From: the human T2T-CHM13v2.0 reference genome, Homo sapiens
Length of the DNA stretch: 64,000 bases
Assembly (NCBI RefSeq): GCF_009914755.1
Contig: NC_060930.1
Strand: one strand, 5' to 3'
Shown here: positions 11,271 to 25,100 of the stretch, piece after piece
Numbering within the stretch: position 1 is the stretch's first letter
Layout: the number at the start of each line of letters is the position of its first letter
Program-made: the position numbers and the translations under genes
Notes under the pieces: generated by a model
Told to the model about the DNA's origin: nothing
What the model saw: only the letters and a program-made list of their open reading frames with translations
Database searches by the model: none

Positions 11271-13778
11271 TTTTAACTTTTATTTTAGGCTCAGGGTACA
11301 TGTGCAAGTTTGTTATATAGGTTAACTGCATGTCATAGGGGTTTGGTGTACAGATTATTTCATCACCCAGGTAACAAGCATAGTTCCCGATAGGTATTTT
11401 TTCTGATCATTGATCTCCTCCCTCTCTCTACCCTCTAGTAGGCCCCAGTGTCTTTTTTTCTCCTCTTTGTATCCATGCGTTCTCATCATTTAACTCTCAC
11501 TTGTAAGTGAGAACATGTTGTATTTGGTTTTCTGTTCCTGTGTTAATTTGCTTAGAATAATAACCCCCAGCTCCATCCATGTTGCTGCAGAGGACATGAT
11601 CTTGTTCCTTTTTATGGCTGTGCAGTATTCCATAGTGAATATGTGCCACACTTTCTTCATCCAGCCTACCACTGATGGGCATTTAGGATAATTTCCATAT
11701 CTTTGCCATTGTGAGTAGTGCTGCAGCAAAAATACGTGTACATGTATCTTTATGGCAGAATGATTTCTATTCCTTTGGGTATATACCCAATAATGGCTTT
11801 GGGGGGTTGAATGGTAATTCTGTTTTCATTGAGAAATTGCCACACCAATTTCCACAGTGGCTGAGCTAATTTACATTCCCATTAGCATTGTATCAGCATT
11901 CCCTTTTCTCTGCAACCTGGTCTGTATGTTATTTTTTGACTTTTTAATAATAGCCATTCTGACTGGTGTGAGACAGTATCTCATTGTGGTTTGGATATAC
12001 ATTTCTCTAGTGATTAGTTTATGTTGAGTACTTCTTTCACACGCTTGTTGGTCACATGTATGTCTTCTTTTGAAATGTGTCTGCTCATGTCCTTTGCCCA
12101 CTTTTTGATAGGGTTGTGTGTTTTTTGCTTGTAAATTTGTTTAAGTTTCATATAGATTCTGGTTATTAGACCTTTGTCAGATGCATAGTTTGTAAATATT
12201 GTCTCCCATTCTGTACATTGTCTGTTTACTCTGTTGATAATTTCTTTTGCTGTTCAGAAGCCTTTAGATTTATTAGCTCTCATTTGTCAATTTTTGTTTT
12301 CATTGCAATTGTTTTTGGTATCTTCATCATGAAATCTTTGCAGATCTTATGTACAGAATGGCATTTCCTAGGTTATCTTCTGGAGTTTTTATAGTTTTAT
12401 GTTTTACGTTTAACCCTTCAATCCATCTTGAGTTGGTTTTGTATATGGTATAAGGAAGGGGTCCAGTTTAAATCATCTGCATATGGTTAGCCAGTTATTC
12501 CAGCACCATTTATTGAATAGAATCTTTTAGCCACTGCTTGTTTTCATCAGTTTTGTTGAAGATCAAATAATTGTAGGTGTGAAGCATCATTTCTGGGCTC
12601 TCTATACTGTTTCATTGGTCTGTGTGTCTTTTTTTGTACCAGTAACCACTGTTTTCATTGCTGTAGCCTTGTAGCATAGTTTGAAGTTGGGTAGTGTGAT
12701 GTCTCCAGCTTTCTTCCATTTGCTTAGCATTGACTTGGCTATTCAGGTTTTTTTTTTTTTGTTCCATATGAATTTTAAAATAGTTTTCTCTAATTCTATG
12801 AAGAATGTCATTGGTAGTTTAAAAGAAATAGCATCGAATCTATAAATTGCTTTGGGCAATATGTCCATTTTGGCAATATTAATTCTTTCTATCCATTATC
12901 ATGGAACGTTTTCCCATTTGTTCGTCATTTCTGATTTCTGTAAGCAGTGTTTTATAATTCTCACTGTAGAGATTTTTCACCTCCCTGGTTAGCTATATAC
13001 CTGGGTATTTTTTGTGGCAATTGTTGTATGTCTGATTTGGCTCTCAACTTGGATGTTGTTGGTATATAGGAATGCTACTAAGTTTTGTACATTGATTCTG
13101 TATTCTGAAATTTTGCTGAGGTTGTTAATCAGATCAAGGAGCTTTTGGGTGGGCAGAGACTAAGGCTCCTACCCAGTTCATTCTATGAGGTCAGCATCAA
13201 CCTGATGCCAAAACCTAGCAAAGACACAACAACAACAAAAAGAAAATTCAGGCCAATATCCATGATGAATATAGATGCAAAAATCCTTGATGAAATATTA
13301 GCAAACTGAATCTAGCAGAACATCACAACACTAATCCACCATGATCGTGCAGGTTTTATCCCTGGGATGCAAGTTTGGTTCAACATATGCCAATCAATAA
13401 ATATGATTCATTACATAAACAGAACTACCAAACAAAAACCATATGATTATCTCAATAGATGCAGAAAAGGCTTTTGATCAAATTCAACATCGCTTCATGT
13501 TAAAAATACTCAATAAACTAGGCACTGAAGACACATACTTCAAAACAGTAAGAGCTATCTATTGCAAACTCACAGTGAACAGCATACTGAATGGGCAAAA
13601 TCTGGACACATTCCCCTTGAAATCTAGAAGGAGACAAGGATGCCCTCCTTCACCACCCCCATTCAGAATAGTACTGGAAGTCCTGGCCAGAGCAATCAGG
13701 CAGAAGAAAGAAAGAAAATGCATCCAAATAGAAAGAGAAAATGTCAAACTATCTGTGTTTGCAGATGACACGATTCTG
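11271..13778 (-). mobile_element. L1PA13-16-type LINE-1, 5'-truncated with twin-priming inversion
   Basis: Minus-strand 3' part 11271-13165. Plus-strand RT segment 13166-13777 (ORF 13443-13796: [12 protein letters not shown] ... RQGCP ... FADD). Perfect 16-bp TSD agacttggaattttgt at 11255-11270 and 13779-13794. Confidence 0.95.
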
Positions 13779-15588
13779 AGACTTGGAATTTTGTAGACTG
13801 ATTTCGCCCATTTTATTCTTCTATTTAAAAATTGCTTTAGCTATTTTAGACCCTTTGTCTTTTCATGTAAACTTTTTAATAACATTTCTATATCTACACA
13901 AAATATTGCTGGAATTTTTATAACAATTACATTAATATACAGGAAAATTACATCTTTCCTATGTGGAGTCTTCCAATCCATGGACATGGCATTTTTCTTG
14001 ATTTATTAAGAATTTCTTTAATGTCTTCTTCAGTGTTGTGCAGTTTAACAAACAAGTCACGTATATTTTGTTAGATTTACATGTAAGTATTTCATTTTTT
14101 GAGTGATTATAAATGACATTGCATTTCTAATTTAGATGTGTATGTGTTTGTTCATTGAGCTTGCACAGAAATACAATTGTGTTTTTTATGTTAAACTTGT
14201 ATCCTGTGACTTTATTGTACTCACTTTATGAATTTTTCATAGTTTCCTTGGGATTTTCTATGTAAATTTATGTCATCTGTAAATAGAGACTATTTTATTT
14301 CTTCCTTTCTGATCTATATCCCATTTATTTCCTTTTTGTGTGTTAATTTGTTGTCTAGAATTTCTGGTACCACATTGGGTAAGAATGTTATAGGCAGACA
14401 CCTGTCTAGTTCCCAATCTTAGGAGAAAAGGCATTCGGTCTCTCATTAATAGGTATGAGGTTAGCTGAAGGTTTTTTTGTAGATGTTATTCAACAAGCTG
14501 AATAAATTCCACATTATTCTGGGAGATTATACCATAAAAGATGTTGAATTTTGTCAAATAACTTTTTTGCATCAATGTATATGATCATTTTATTCTGATT
14601 TTTCTTCTTAACCTATTATATAATGGATTATATTGATTGATTTTAAAATCAGTCTTGCATCTCTGAAATAAAGCTCATTTGGCCATGGTTCATAATTTTC
14701 TAACATATTGCAGAATTCTATTTTCTAACATTTTATGAAGAATTTCTATGTCCATATTCATGAAGGATATTAGTCTGTAATTTTCTTTTTCATATTGCCT
14801 TTCCCTGGTTTGATATCTAAGTAATATCAACTTCATCAAATGTGTTGGGAAAAGTTTTCTTCTTTGTTTTCTGAAAGAGATTTATATTAATTATTCTTTA
14901 ACCTTTGGTGGAATTCTTCAGTGAAACCATCTGGTCCTGGAAACCTTCTTTTTTTAAAAGTCTTAAAGTTATAAATTCAATATCCCTTCCTTTTAGGACT
15001 CCAATGACACAGAAGTTGAATCTTTTGCTACAATTCCTCACATCCCTGAACTTTATTACGTTCAATTTCTCGTTATTGTCCATATTGGGTAATTTCTATT
15101 GTTCTATATTCAAATTCACAAATTCCTTTCTTTTTTATTTTCATTCTTCTTTTGAGCCCATCTAGAGGGTTTTCAATTTAGTTACTACACTTTTAAATTT
15201 TGAGTTTCCATTTTGTTCTTTATGTCTTCTCCCCTTGCTTTCCATATTTTGTTTCAAACGAGTTCACATTTGCTCATTGAAGCATTTTTATGATCACTGC
15301 TTTTAAAGTCCTTGCCAGATATTTTTAACATCTGCATCATCTAGCTAATGGCATTTGTGGATTGTTTTTTCTCCTTGAAGTTAAGATTTTTCAGGTTCTT
15401 GGTATGGGAAGTGATTTTTAATAGAAATTTATATGTTTTTGGTATTATATTATGAGGCTATGTATTTTATTTAAATCTATTTTAACAGGCCTCGTCTGCC
15501 ACCATTCCCATGGGAGTAACAGTACTGCCAGTGACAGTGGAAATCCAGGTTACTCACTCACTATCTGTTTACGCCCAAGGAGTTTCTT

Positions 15589-15881
15589 TCTTTTTTTTTC
15601 TTTTTTTTTTTGAGACAGAGTCTCACTCTGTTGCTCAGGCTGGAGTGCAGTGGCGCGATCTCGGCTCTGCCTCCCGGGTTCACACCATTCTTCTGCCTCA
15701 GCCTCCTGAGTAGCTGGGACTACAGGCACCCGCCACCACACCTGGCTAATTTTTTGTATTTTTAGTAGAGATGGGGTTTCACCGTGTTAGCCAGGATGGT
15801 CTTGATCTCCTGACCTCATGATCCACCCACCTCGGCCTCCCAAAGTGCTGGGATTACAGGCGTGAGCCACTGCGCCAGGCC
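15589..15881 (-). mobile_element. AluY (small internal deletion near 15667)
   Basis: Poly-T, Alu dimer, AluY-type gggttcacaccattct and accgtgttagccaggatgg. TSD caaggagtttctt at 15576-15588 and 15882-15894. Confidence 0.95.
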
Positions 15882-17514
15882 CAAGGAGTTTCTTACTACT
15901 GCTTGGCAGAGATGATAGTTGAAGCTCTCCAGTAGACATCTGCTGACACGATCATGACTGGGAAAGCAAGGGTGTCTGGTTTCTGCTACTCTTAGCCATG
16001 TGGCCTCTACTGACATGTTAGGGGTAGATGTCTGAAAGGGTGAGAGGCTGTTCTAGTTAATTATTAGTGGTGATAAAAGTTCTGACTCTCCATTATATCT
16101 CCTCTGATACTACCCTAGGAGGAGGAGGTGGGTACTTCTTTATCCTCAATGGGAGTGGAAGTCCAGACTCTCCCATGTGGTCTCCACTGATACTCCAGGA
16201 GACCAGGGAAGGGCTTCTTTACTGCCCTGTTGGGATAAAGCTCTGGGCTTTCCATTTAGCTTTCTCTGACACCACACTGGCCAGGTGGAAGTGGGATAAA
16301 GAGGTGCCTCATTTCACTATAGATAGAGTGGACATGTAGATTCCAGATTCAGCCATTGTCAGTGGGGGGTGGGAGTGGGGTCATGGTTTTTTCTGTGATA
16401 TATTGCTTTCATAGGGTGACTATTGTGTAAAAATTTTCTGTATTGTTAGGCTGCCCCTTTCCTGGTCCTTAGGTTAGAGAGAGTGAGCTTTTCTTGGGGT
16501 TTATTTTGTTTGTGTTTGTTGTTGTTTCTGGGTTGCTGGCTTCTGCAGAATCAAATCTGGCATAGCAAAAGCAAAACCCAGGGAAGGCACTACTATGTCA
16601 TTCCTAATTCCAAGATCCCTAGAGTATCTTCCTTCTCTCCATATTTCACAGCCCTCTTAAGTCTGTAATATGTATAAAGTCCAGGGATTTTAGCTGTACT
16701 TAGTGAGAAAGGCAGGAAAGAAGATATCTATTCCAAGTTTTTATAATTAGAAATCTCTATGTTAGCTTTCTAAACAAATTTTTACATTGTGACATAGGAT
16801 AACACCCCTAAAAATTATTTTTTAATATTCTTATTTTATTGCAAAAGATCTGATTTCATAGTTGTTTCATAAAACCATCATATTTTATTATGCATTGAAA
16901 TTATTTTCTTTCAGATGTTAGAAATCATTATTAGGTGCTTAGACTATTTCCTAGTCTATATATTTATCAGAGGGACTCCAATTGAGATTAATTAAGTAGA
17001 GTTTTCTAATTCTAAGACTGCCTTATTATAAAGAACAACAAATATGTCTCTAGAAGACAAAATTGATAGTTTATGAACTAAAAGCTATACATCATAGACT
17101 AGATTTATTTGTCTTAATCTTCAAGTACTTAAGTGTTTTTTTAAAAATAAGGACAGTCAGTTGGGTTATCTAGAAGTAGACTATATGCAAGTGCCTTCTA
17201 AAAATATGTTTACATTATATATATAGCATCTTAACCTAGGCCATTTTTATGAATTCTCCTGATAATTGGCTTTATAGAATCTTACTGGAGATATATTTTC
17301 TTTTCTCAGCACTTCTGAGACTATCTAAAATTGTTTCAAGCACTGTTGTGATGATGCAATATTAAGAAATATAATTAACAAAATATAGATTACTTGCATA
17401 TATTAAACATTAAATGTGTAGAGTGCATATAAATATTTAGGATTCCTGAGTGACCTTAGTCTTCAAAGTGCACTCACCTCATCTGCAACCATTGACATTT
17501 ATTCCTTTTTCTAG

Positions 17515-17736
17515 GCCAGAAGAAGGAAATTGGTGGGCACATGTGTTGTTTTTTTCAGTTTCTTAGCTCTACCCAGAGTCTATGGATATGCAAAGTCTCA
17601 GAAACAGCTGGAAAAACCATCTCAGCTCTACCTGTGGTTTGAAAACTATTTATCCCTTAGGATGGATCTTCATCCTTCTGTGCATTACTTCAGCTGTGAT
17701 CACAACAGCCCACTCCCACCCTCACCTTCCCGAGAG
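17515..17736 (+). other. Candidate non-coding exon
   Basis: Acceptor attgacatttattcctttttctag (AG 17513-17514) and donor GAG/gtagga. No transcript evidence. Confidence 0.2.
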
Positions 17737-19714
17737 GTAGGAGTTACTATGTAGTGAAGCCACACACACTGCCAGACTTCTCCAGGTCCTTGACAGGGAG
17801 GAGCACGCATTTACTTTATTGGGGGTTGGTATTGGTTTTCTTCTTCTGGGATGGCCAAAAAAATCACTTTCCATTTTGATCCATCTTTTCTCCATGTATA
17901 GTTGTCTAAATACCTACCACTTCACCTACTCTGTTCACAATATTTTCCATCCATTCTTATCATCATATTCAGTTGTATTACATATTTTATATGTAAATGA
18001 ATTAAACAAGTACTATAAAGTCCTTAGCACAATCACTGGTAGATAGAAAGTACTTAGTAAAGATCACATATCATTATAATTTTTCTAAATTATTATTTTA
18101 TAATAATACGTAATAAAAATGTTCCATATTAGTTAAAGATATAACTATAATTTATTAACTATGAAATAAAACAGTATTTTAATAAAACAGAAGCTAAATA
18201 ACAGTGGCAGGAAAAATGCATTTAGCCCTAAGACCCCATGTTTAATTTCTCCTGCAGTCACAATATTTTAATTGAGTGCTTCTTATTTATAAATCTTTTT
18301 ATAATCATCTCCTTTCTCTCATTAATAAATATGTATGCATGATTATTGACTATGAAGATACAGCTGTGAGGACAGTTGGACATTTATAAGTCTGATTCCC
18401 TGTCTACCTCCTCCACTGCTTTCTGAAAAGAGACCAAGTGTGGTTCATTGTGTTCTCCAGGGCCAAGTGAGTGTGCAGAGTTCACCTAACATGTGTTGAC
18501 TTTTCCCCCAAACCAGTGACCCAGTGGCATGGAAGTTGAACTGTGTTCTCTTTGCCTGAGAACATGTGGAAATAGTGTGATAGCAGCACTCTGCCAAGGG
18601 AGGGATCACTGAAGGTGAACCAAAGAATCTTTATGAATGGAACTGTTTATTTAACTGAAACAAAACTGAAGTATTGGACTCCAGCTATACTACGCAAACA
18701 CCAATTTTTCCCTTCTTTGTGAATAATAACAGACAATACTAAAATACAAGAGCTTTATATAATAAAAAGTAAATGTCACATGTAAATAGTTTCACTGATA
18801 GAGTCACAAGCAAAAGAAGACAGAACTGTTAAACATTACAATGTACTTTCATAACCAAGAAGTGAGCACACTTGATCTAATAGATACGATTCCATAAACA
18901 TTGCCTTAATCAACTATGGATTTCAGTGTTTGTCTTGCCTGTGGTCAAGACATTGAAAATATGCTTATCATTTTGACTTCGAATATTCATAAAAATTCGA
19001 TGCCCAATCATTTTTTGATGTTTTAATTTAGATAAAATTATGATACTATAACAATATCTGAAGAACAACTCCAAATTGGGTTAAAAGTGTGAATAAAGAG
19101 GATTATAATGTCAATGTTACTCTAAATCCATAATTACACATTTCATTGAATTCGCCATTTCTTATATATTTCTGTGTCTTCTCTCTCCACAAGATTTTAC
19201 CTATAAGTTCATAGTTGACAGAGGAACAACACAATCATATCTAATTTCTCCATTAGTTAACCAACAAAAAAGTGAAGATTAAGTGTCCTGTACTATATTA
19301 CATATTGAAGGTACAAATTATAAAAGAACTCAAGATGCTACGATCCTATTTTCAAATAGCTTCCAATCTTATTAGGGTAAACAAAGCATAGAGGAGTACA
19401 AAATTTACTGGGACAATGTGTAATCAAATGCCAGACCTTGGGGAACCATGTGAATTTGTGACCATTCCATAAAAGAAAATCATAGCATAATGTATGTAGC
19501 TATGACACAGCTCTTGATGACCCTTTATGGTGCTACACATTTGATGTCTTTATCATTCCTAAATTCACCCAATCTCTTTTCCGTATTTTATCATCTGTGA
19601 GATCCTCTTGCCCTAGGGCCCCATTACCTTCTGCTAAAGATGAAGAAGCATAAAAGAGAAGAGCAGAAGACCCTCAAGATCAGGATATGTGTTTGGACAG
19701 TGACCTATTAAAAA

Positions 19715-19920
19715 CATGCCCTGTACTTATTGTGTGTCAGGCCCTGCACAAGGCATGTTACTTATATTATCTCATTAAATCCTTAACATTGCCATGTGAG
19801 ATAGAGTGCTATTATTATGATCTTTTAATAGATGAGTGAACTGGAGTTAATAAAGTTGTTATAATTTGTTTCAGGTCACACACAGTGGATACCTAAGATG
19901 TTGTGACACTTGGGCCTATG
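19715..19920 (-). mobile_element. MIR SINE
   Basis: tacttattgtgtgtcaggc ... attatctcattaaatcctt ... ttttaatagatgagtgaactggag ... caggtcacaca. Confidence 0.8.
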
Positions 19921-22148
19921 CTCAGATTCTTCACAGAAAAAGCCCCACTGAAATTGCTAAGGTTGGGGTAGAGGAGAAAATTGAAACTAAAAGGGAAAAT
20001 CTAGAGGCCTGTAGTGCAAATGTCTCAATACGCAAAAAGCCAGAGGTGATTTGGGTTCCAATTTCTGGCAGAGAAACTCATTTTATAAATGAAAGTTATT
20101 TCCTCCAGAAAATGTAAAGCATGTTGTCATAATAACCCATTGTGGGTTGTAGATCACCAGCATCAACTAATGCAAACTAGAGAACAAAATCAAGAAATGT
20201 ATCTTTCCTTTCTATAACTTTGTTTTCCTTTTCCATGTAGTCCTTTTATCCATAATGTTAATTCTTTGCTATGGGTTATGGTTAGCAAATCAGTATAGAT
20301 CTATATGTTACAGTTCTGGGAACACTACTTTTGATTGAGGAGTAAGGTAGAGAAAATTGGTACATTGATTTTAAACTTATAACAACTTGGTGTTTTCTAA
20401 ATTTTATTGATGTACAATTGGTATTTGGATTCCTTAATAGATTTGTTGACTACATGGATCTTTAGAAATACTAAATCAATTAATAATTTCGTGGTGGTGC
20501 ACAGCTTTGGAAATGCAGGAGAAGCTCCACCTGTTTTAGTGACAGATAATCCAGGCTGCTGCTACAGATTAAAACCATCTGGCCAATAAGGGAGGGACAC
20601 TTTTTCAACCTCAGTTTTTCTGGACTGCTAGGTAGACTAATAAGGAAGAAAAGAGAGAAGGTTCAAATAAACACAATTAGAAATGATAAGGAAGATATCA
20701 CCACTGACCCCCCCGCCAAGAAATACAAACAGCTATCAGATAATACTATAAATACCTCTATGCACATAAGCTAGAAAATTATCAGAGAATATTATAAACA
20801 CTTCTATACACATAAACTAGAAAATCTAAATGAATAAATTCCTGGACACATACATCCTCCCAAGACTAAACCAGGAAGAAATTACATCCCTGAATAGACC
20901 AATAATGAGTTCTGAAATTGAAGCAGTAATAAAGAGCCTACCAACTAAAAAAAAGCCTAGGACCAGACAGATTCACAACTGATTCTACCAGAGGTACAAA
21001 GAAGAGCTGGTACCATTCCAACTGAAACTATTCCAAAAAATTGAAAAGGTGGGGATCCTCTCTAGCTCATTCTATGAGGCCAGCATCATTCTGATACCAA
21101 AACCTGGCAGAGATACAACAAATAAAGAAAACTACAGGCCAATATCCTTGATGAACATCGCTGCAAAAATCAGCAAAATACTGGCAAACTGAATTCAGCA
21201 GCACATCAAAAAGCTTATTCACTTCGATCAAGTAGGCTTCATCCCAGGGATGCAAGGTTGGTTCAACATATGCAAATCAATAGAAGTGATTCATCACGTA
21301 GACAGAACTAAAGACAGAAACCACATGATTATCTCAATAGATGCAGAAAAGGCCTTCAATAAAATTCAACGTCCCTTAAAATTCTCAATAAATTAAGTAT
21401 TGAAGGAACACACTTCAAAACAATAAGAGCCATATACAACAAACACACAGCCAGTATCGTACTGAATGGGAAAAAAGCTGTAAGCATTCCACTTGAAAAT
21501 GAGCACAAGACAAGGATGCTCTCTCTCACCACTCCTATTCAACATAGTATTGGAATCTCTGGCCAGGGCAATGAGGCAAGCAAAAGAAATGAAGCGTATT
21601 CAGATAGGAAGAGAGGAAGTCAAACTATCTTTGCTTGCAGATGACGTGCTCCTATATTTAGAAAATCCCATTGTCTCAGCCCAAAAGTTTCTCAAGCTGA
21701 TAAGCAACTTCAGCAAAGTCTCAGTATGCAAAATCAATGTGCATAAATCACAAGCATTCCTATACACCAACAACAGACAAGCAGAGACCTAATCATGAAT
21801 GAACTCCAATTCACAACTAAGGAGCTTCTGCACAGCAAAAGAACTATCAACAGAGTAAAAAGACTACCTACAGAAAAGGAGAAAACTTTGGCCATCTATC
21901 CCTCTAACAAAGGTATAATATGTAGCATCTACAAGGAACTTAAACAAATTTAAAGGAAACAACAACCACATTAAAAAGTGGGCAAAGGACATGACCAAAC
22001 CGTCCTCAAAAGAAGACATACATGCAGCCAACAAACAAACATATGAAAAAAAGCTCAAACTCACTGATCATTACAGAAATGCAAATCACAACCACAATGA
22101 GATATCATCTCATGCCAGTCAGAACTGTTATTAAAAAGTCAAAAAATA

Positions 22149-25100
22149 GACCAGCAATCCTGAGAGGACCCACAGACCCTCTGAAGGAAGCAGACTGCTC
22201 CTGCAGTACACAGGAGACCCCCCTCCATCTCCTGCAAAACTCTGAGTGCCTCAACTGTGGAAGTGGGAAAGGGTGACCCTCCTCTCCCAAATACACACCC
22301 TAATTGGAGAAGCTGAAGGCCTGTTTGCAGGAGAAGTTTCCAACTTTACCTGGAGCTGAGTCAATTTGGAAAGCTGAGTGAAATACAGGGGTAGAGGTAG
22401 AAACAGAAAGGCCCTGGGAGCTTTTTGGGTTCCCTAGCAGGCCATTCCTGCCTGGCACCACAAGGATCCATCCGGAGAGGAGCAGGGGGTAAAACTAAAC
22501 ATGGAGAAACAAATATGTAGCTGAACTTGTTAACAATTTGAACGGGGTGATAAGTCTCCTGGTGAGAACTCGGTGGGAGGGTGCTAATCTGGTGTGCAGA
22601 CTTCACAGGCAGAGAAAGTACTAAGTGCTTTTCTTTCACAGATAGGAGGTGGATAGTCTGGGGCAGGTTTTCAAACCCATATTGCTCTCCACCTGGAAAT
22701 GGTCTGAGAGCTGTTGGGGGAGGCACGGTGGGAATGAGACTGGCCCTTTGGTTTGCATGGGAGCTGGGTGAGGCCTGTGACTGCTGGCTCTGCCCCATTT
22801 TCCTGACAACCTGCCTGACTCAGCAGAGGCAGCCATAATCCTCCTAGGTACACAACTCCAGTGACCTGGGAATCTCACCCCCATCCCCCACAGCAGCCAC
22901 AGCCAGACCTGCCCAAGGAGAGTCTGAGCTCAGACACACCTAGCCCTGCCTCATTGATAGTCTTTCCCTACCCACCCTGGTAGCAGAAGACAAAGGGTAT
23001 ATAATCTTGGGAGTTCTAGGGCCCTGCCAACCACCAATTCCTCCTTCTAATACCACAGCTGATGCTCTCTGGAAAGCGCCACCTCCTGGCAGGAGGGCAA
23101 CGAGCACAAAAAGAACATTAGACCACAAAACCAGCACAAACAGAACATTAAACCACTAAAGCTAAGAACCCTGACGGAGTCCATTGCACCCCTCATCACC
23201 TCCACTGGAACAGGCAATGAGATTTATAGACAGTTCACATCACAAGACTCTGTGCAGACAACCCCCAGTACCAGCCTGGAGCCTGGTACGATCGCTGGAC
23301 TGCTGGACCGCTAGACCCAGAAGACAGACAACAATTACTGCAGTGTGGCTCACAGGAAGCCACATCCATAGGAAAAGGGGGAGAGTACTACATCAAGGGA
23401 ACACCCCGTGGGACAAAAGAATATGAACAACAGCCTTCAGCACTAGACCTTCCCTCTGACAGAGCGTACCCAAATGAGAAGGAACAAGAAAACCAACCCT
23501 GGTAATATGACAAAACAAGACTTATCATCACCCACCCAAAATTACACTATTACACTAGTTCTCCAGCAATGGATCCAAACCAAGAAGAAATCCCTGATTT
23601 ACCTGAAAAAGAATTCTGGAGGTTAGTTATTAAGCTAAATAGGAAGGGACCAGAGAAAGGCGAAGCCTTTTTGTTTCAGGAAACAAAGATTTCCTTGTTC
23701 AAGGAAATCTAAACTATTATAAAAAAGTGAAGGGAGAAATATTCAAGGTAATAGATAGCTTAAAGAAAAAAACAATCAAAAATTCAGGAAACTTTGGACA
23801 CACTCTTAGAAATGCAAAATGCTCTGGAAAGTCTCAGCAATAGAATTGAGTAAGAAGAAAGAAATTCAGAGCTCGAAGACAAGGTCTTCGAATTAACTCA
23901 ATCCAACAAAGACAAAGAAAAAAGAATAAGGAAATATGAACAAAGCCTCCAAGAAGTCTGGGATTATGGTAAATAAACAAACCTAAGAATGATTGGCATT
24001 CCTGAGGAAGAAGAGAATTCTAAAAGCTTGGAAAATATATTTGGGGGAATAATCGAGGAAAACTTCCCCAGCCTTGCTAGAGACCTAGACATCCAAACAC
24101 AAGAAGCACAGAGAACACCTGGGAAATTCACCACAAAAAGATTTGCACCTGGCTCATTGTCATTAGGCTATCCAAAGTTAAGACAAAGGAAAGAATCTTA
24201 AGAGCTGTAAGACACAAGCACCAGGTAACCTATAAAGGAAAATCTATCAGATTAACAGCAGATTTCTCAGCAGAAAACCTACAAGCTAGAAGGGACTGGT
24301 GCCCTATCTTCAGCTTCCTCAAACAAAACAATTATCAAGAATTTTGTATCCAGAGAAACTAAGCATCATATATGAAGGAAAGAGACAATCTTTTTCAGAC
24401 AAACAAATGCTGAAAGAATTCACTATTATCAAGCCACCAAAACAAAAACTGCTAAAAGGAGCTCCAAATCTTAAAAAAAAATGTGGAAACACATCAAAAC
24501 AGAACCTCTTTAAAGCATAAATCACACAGGACCTATAAAACTAAAATACAAATGAAAAACCAAAAACAAAAAAACCAAAGTACACAGGCAACAAAGAGGA
24601 TGATGAATGCAATGATACCTCACATTTTAATACTAACACTGGATGTAAATGGCCTAAATGCTCCCCTTAAAAGATACAGAACCACAGAATGGATAAGAAC
24701 TCACCAACCATCTGCTGCCCTCAGGAGACTCATCTACCACATAAGGACTCACATAAACATAAAGTAATGGGGTGGAAAAAGGCATTTCGTGCAAATGGAC
24801 ACCACAAGTGAGTAGGGATAGCTATTCGTACATCAGACAAAACAAACTTTAAAGCAACAGCAGTTAAAAGAAACAAAGAGGGACATTATACAATGGTAAA
24901 AGGCCTTGTCCAACAGGAAAATAACACAATTCTAAACATGTATTTACCTAACACTGGTGCTCCCAAATTTATAATGAAATTACTAATGGACCTAAGAAAT
25001 GAGACAGACAGCAACACAATAATAGTGGGGGACTTCAATACTCCACTGACAGCACAAGACAGGTCATCAAGATAGAAAGTCAACAAAGAAACAATGGATT

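Larger units (their letters stand above)
9690..16757 (-). mobile_element. L1MC-type LINE-1 with both ends, internally deleted, hosting an L1PA and an AluY
   Basis: L1MC 3'UTR (ttcacaggaagttgaaaaattgtacag). ORF2 remnants at about 10200-11254 and 13795-14985, then a jump to ORF1/5'UTR-like sequence at about 14985-16757. TSD tatattagctttttaaa 9676-9692 vs tatgttagctttctaaa 16758-16774 (15/17). Confidence 0.8.

Noticed and set aside
13443-13796. Stand-alone reverse transcriptase ORF
   Set aside because: It is the inverted arm of a twin-primed L1, bounded by the L1 TSD.
15510-16016. Alu-derived ORFs (also 28200-28641, 43304-43516, 55835-56287, 57889-58446)
   Set aside because: Typical Alu translations ([18 protein letters not shown]) with no evidence of exonisation.
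18640-18900. Several forkhead-like motifs (TGTTTAT, GCAAACA, GTAAATA, ATAAACA)
   Set aside because: These AT-rich words are common by chance in this base composition, and there is no other support.
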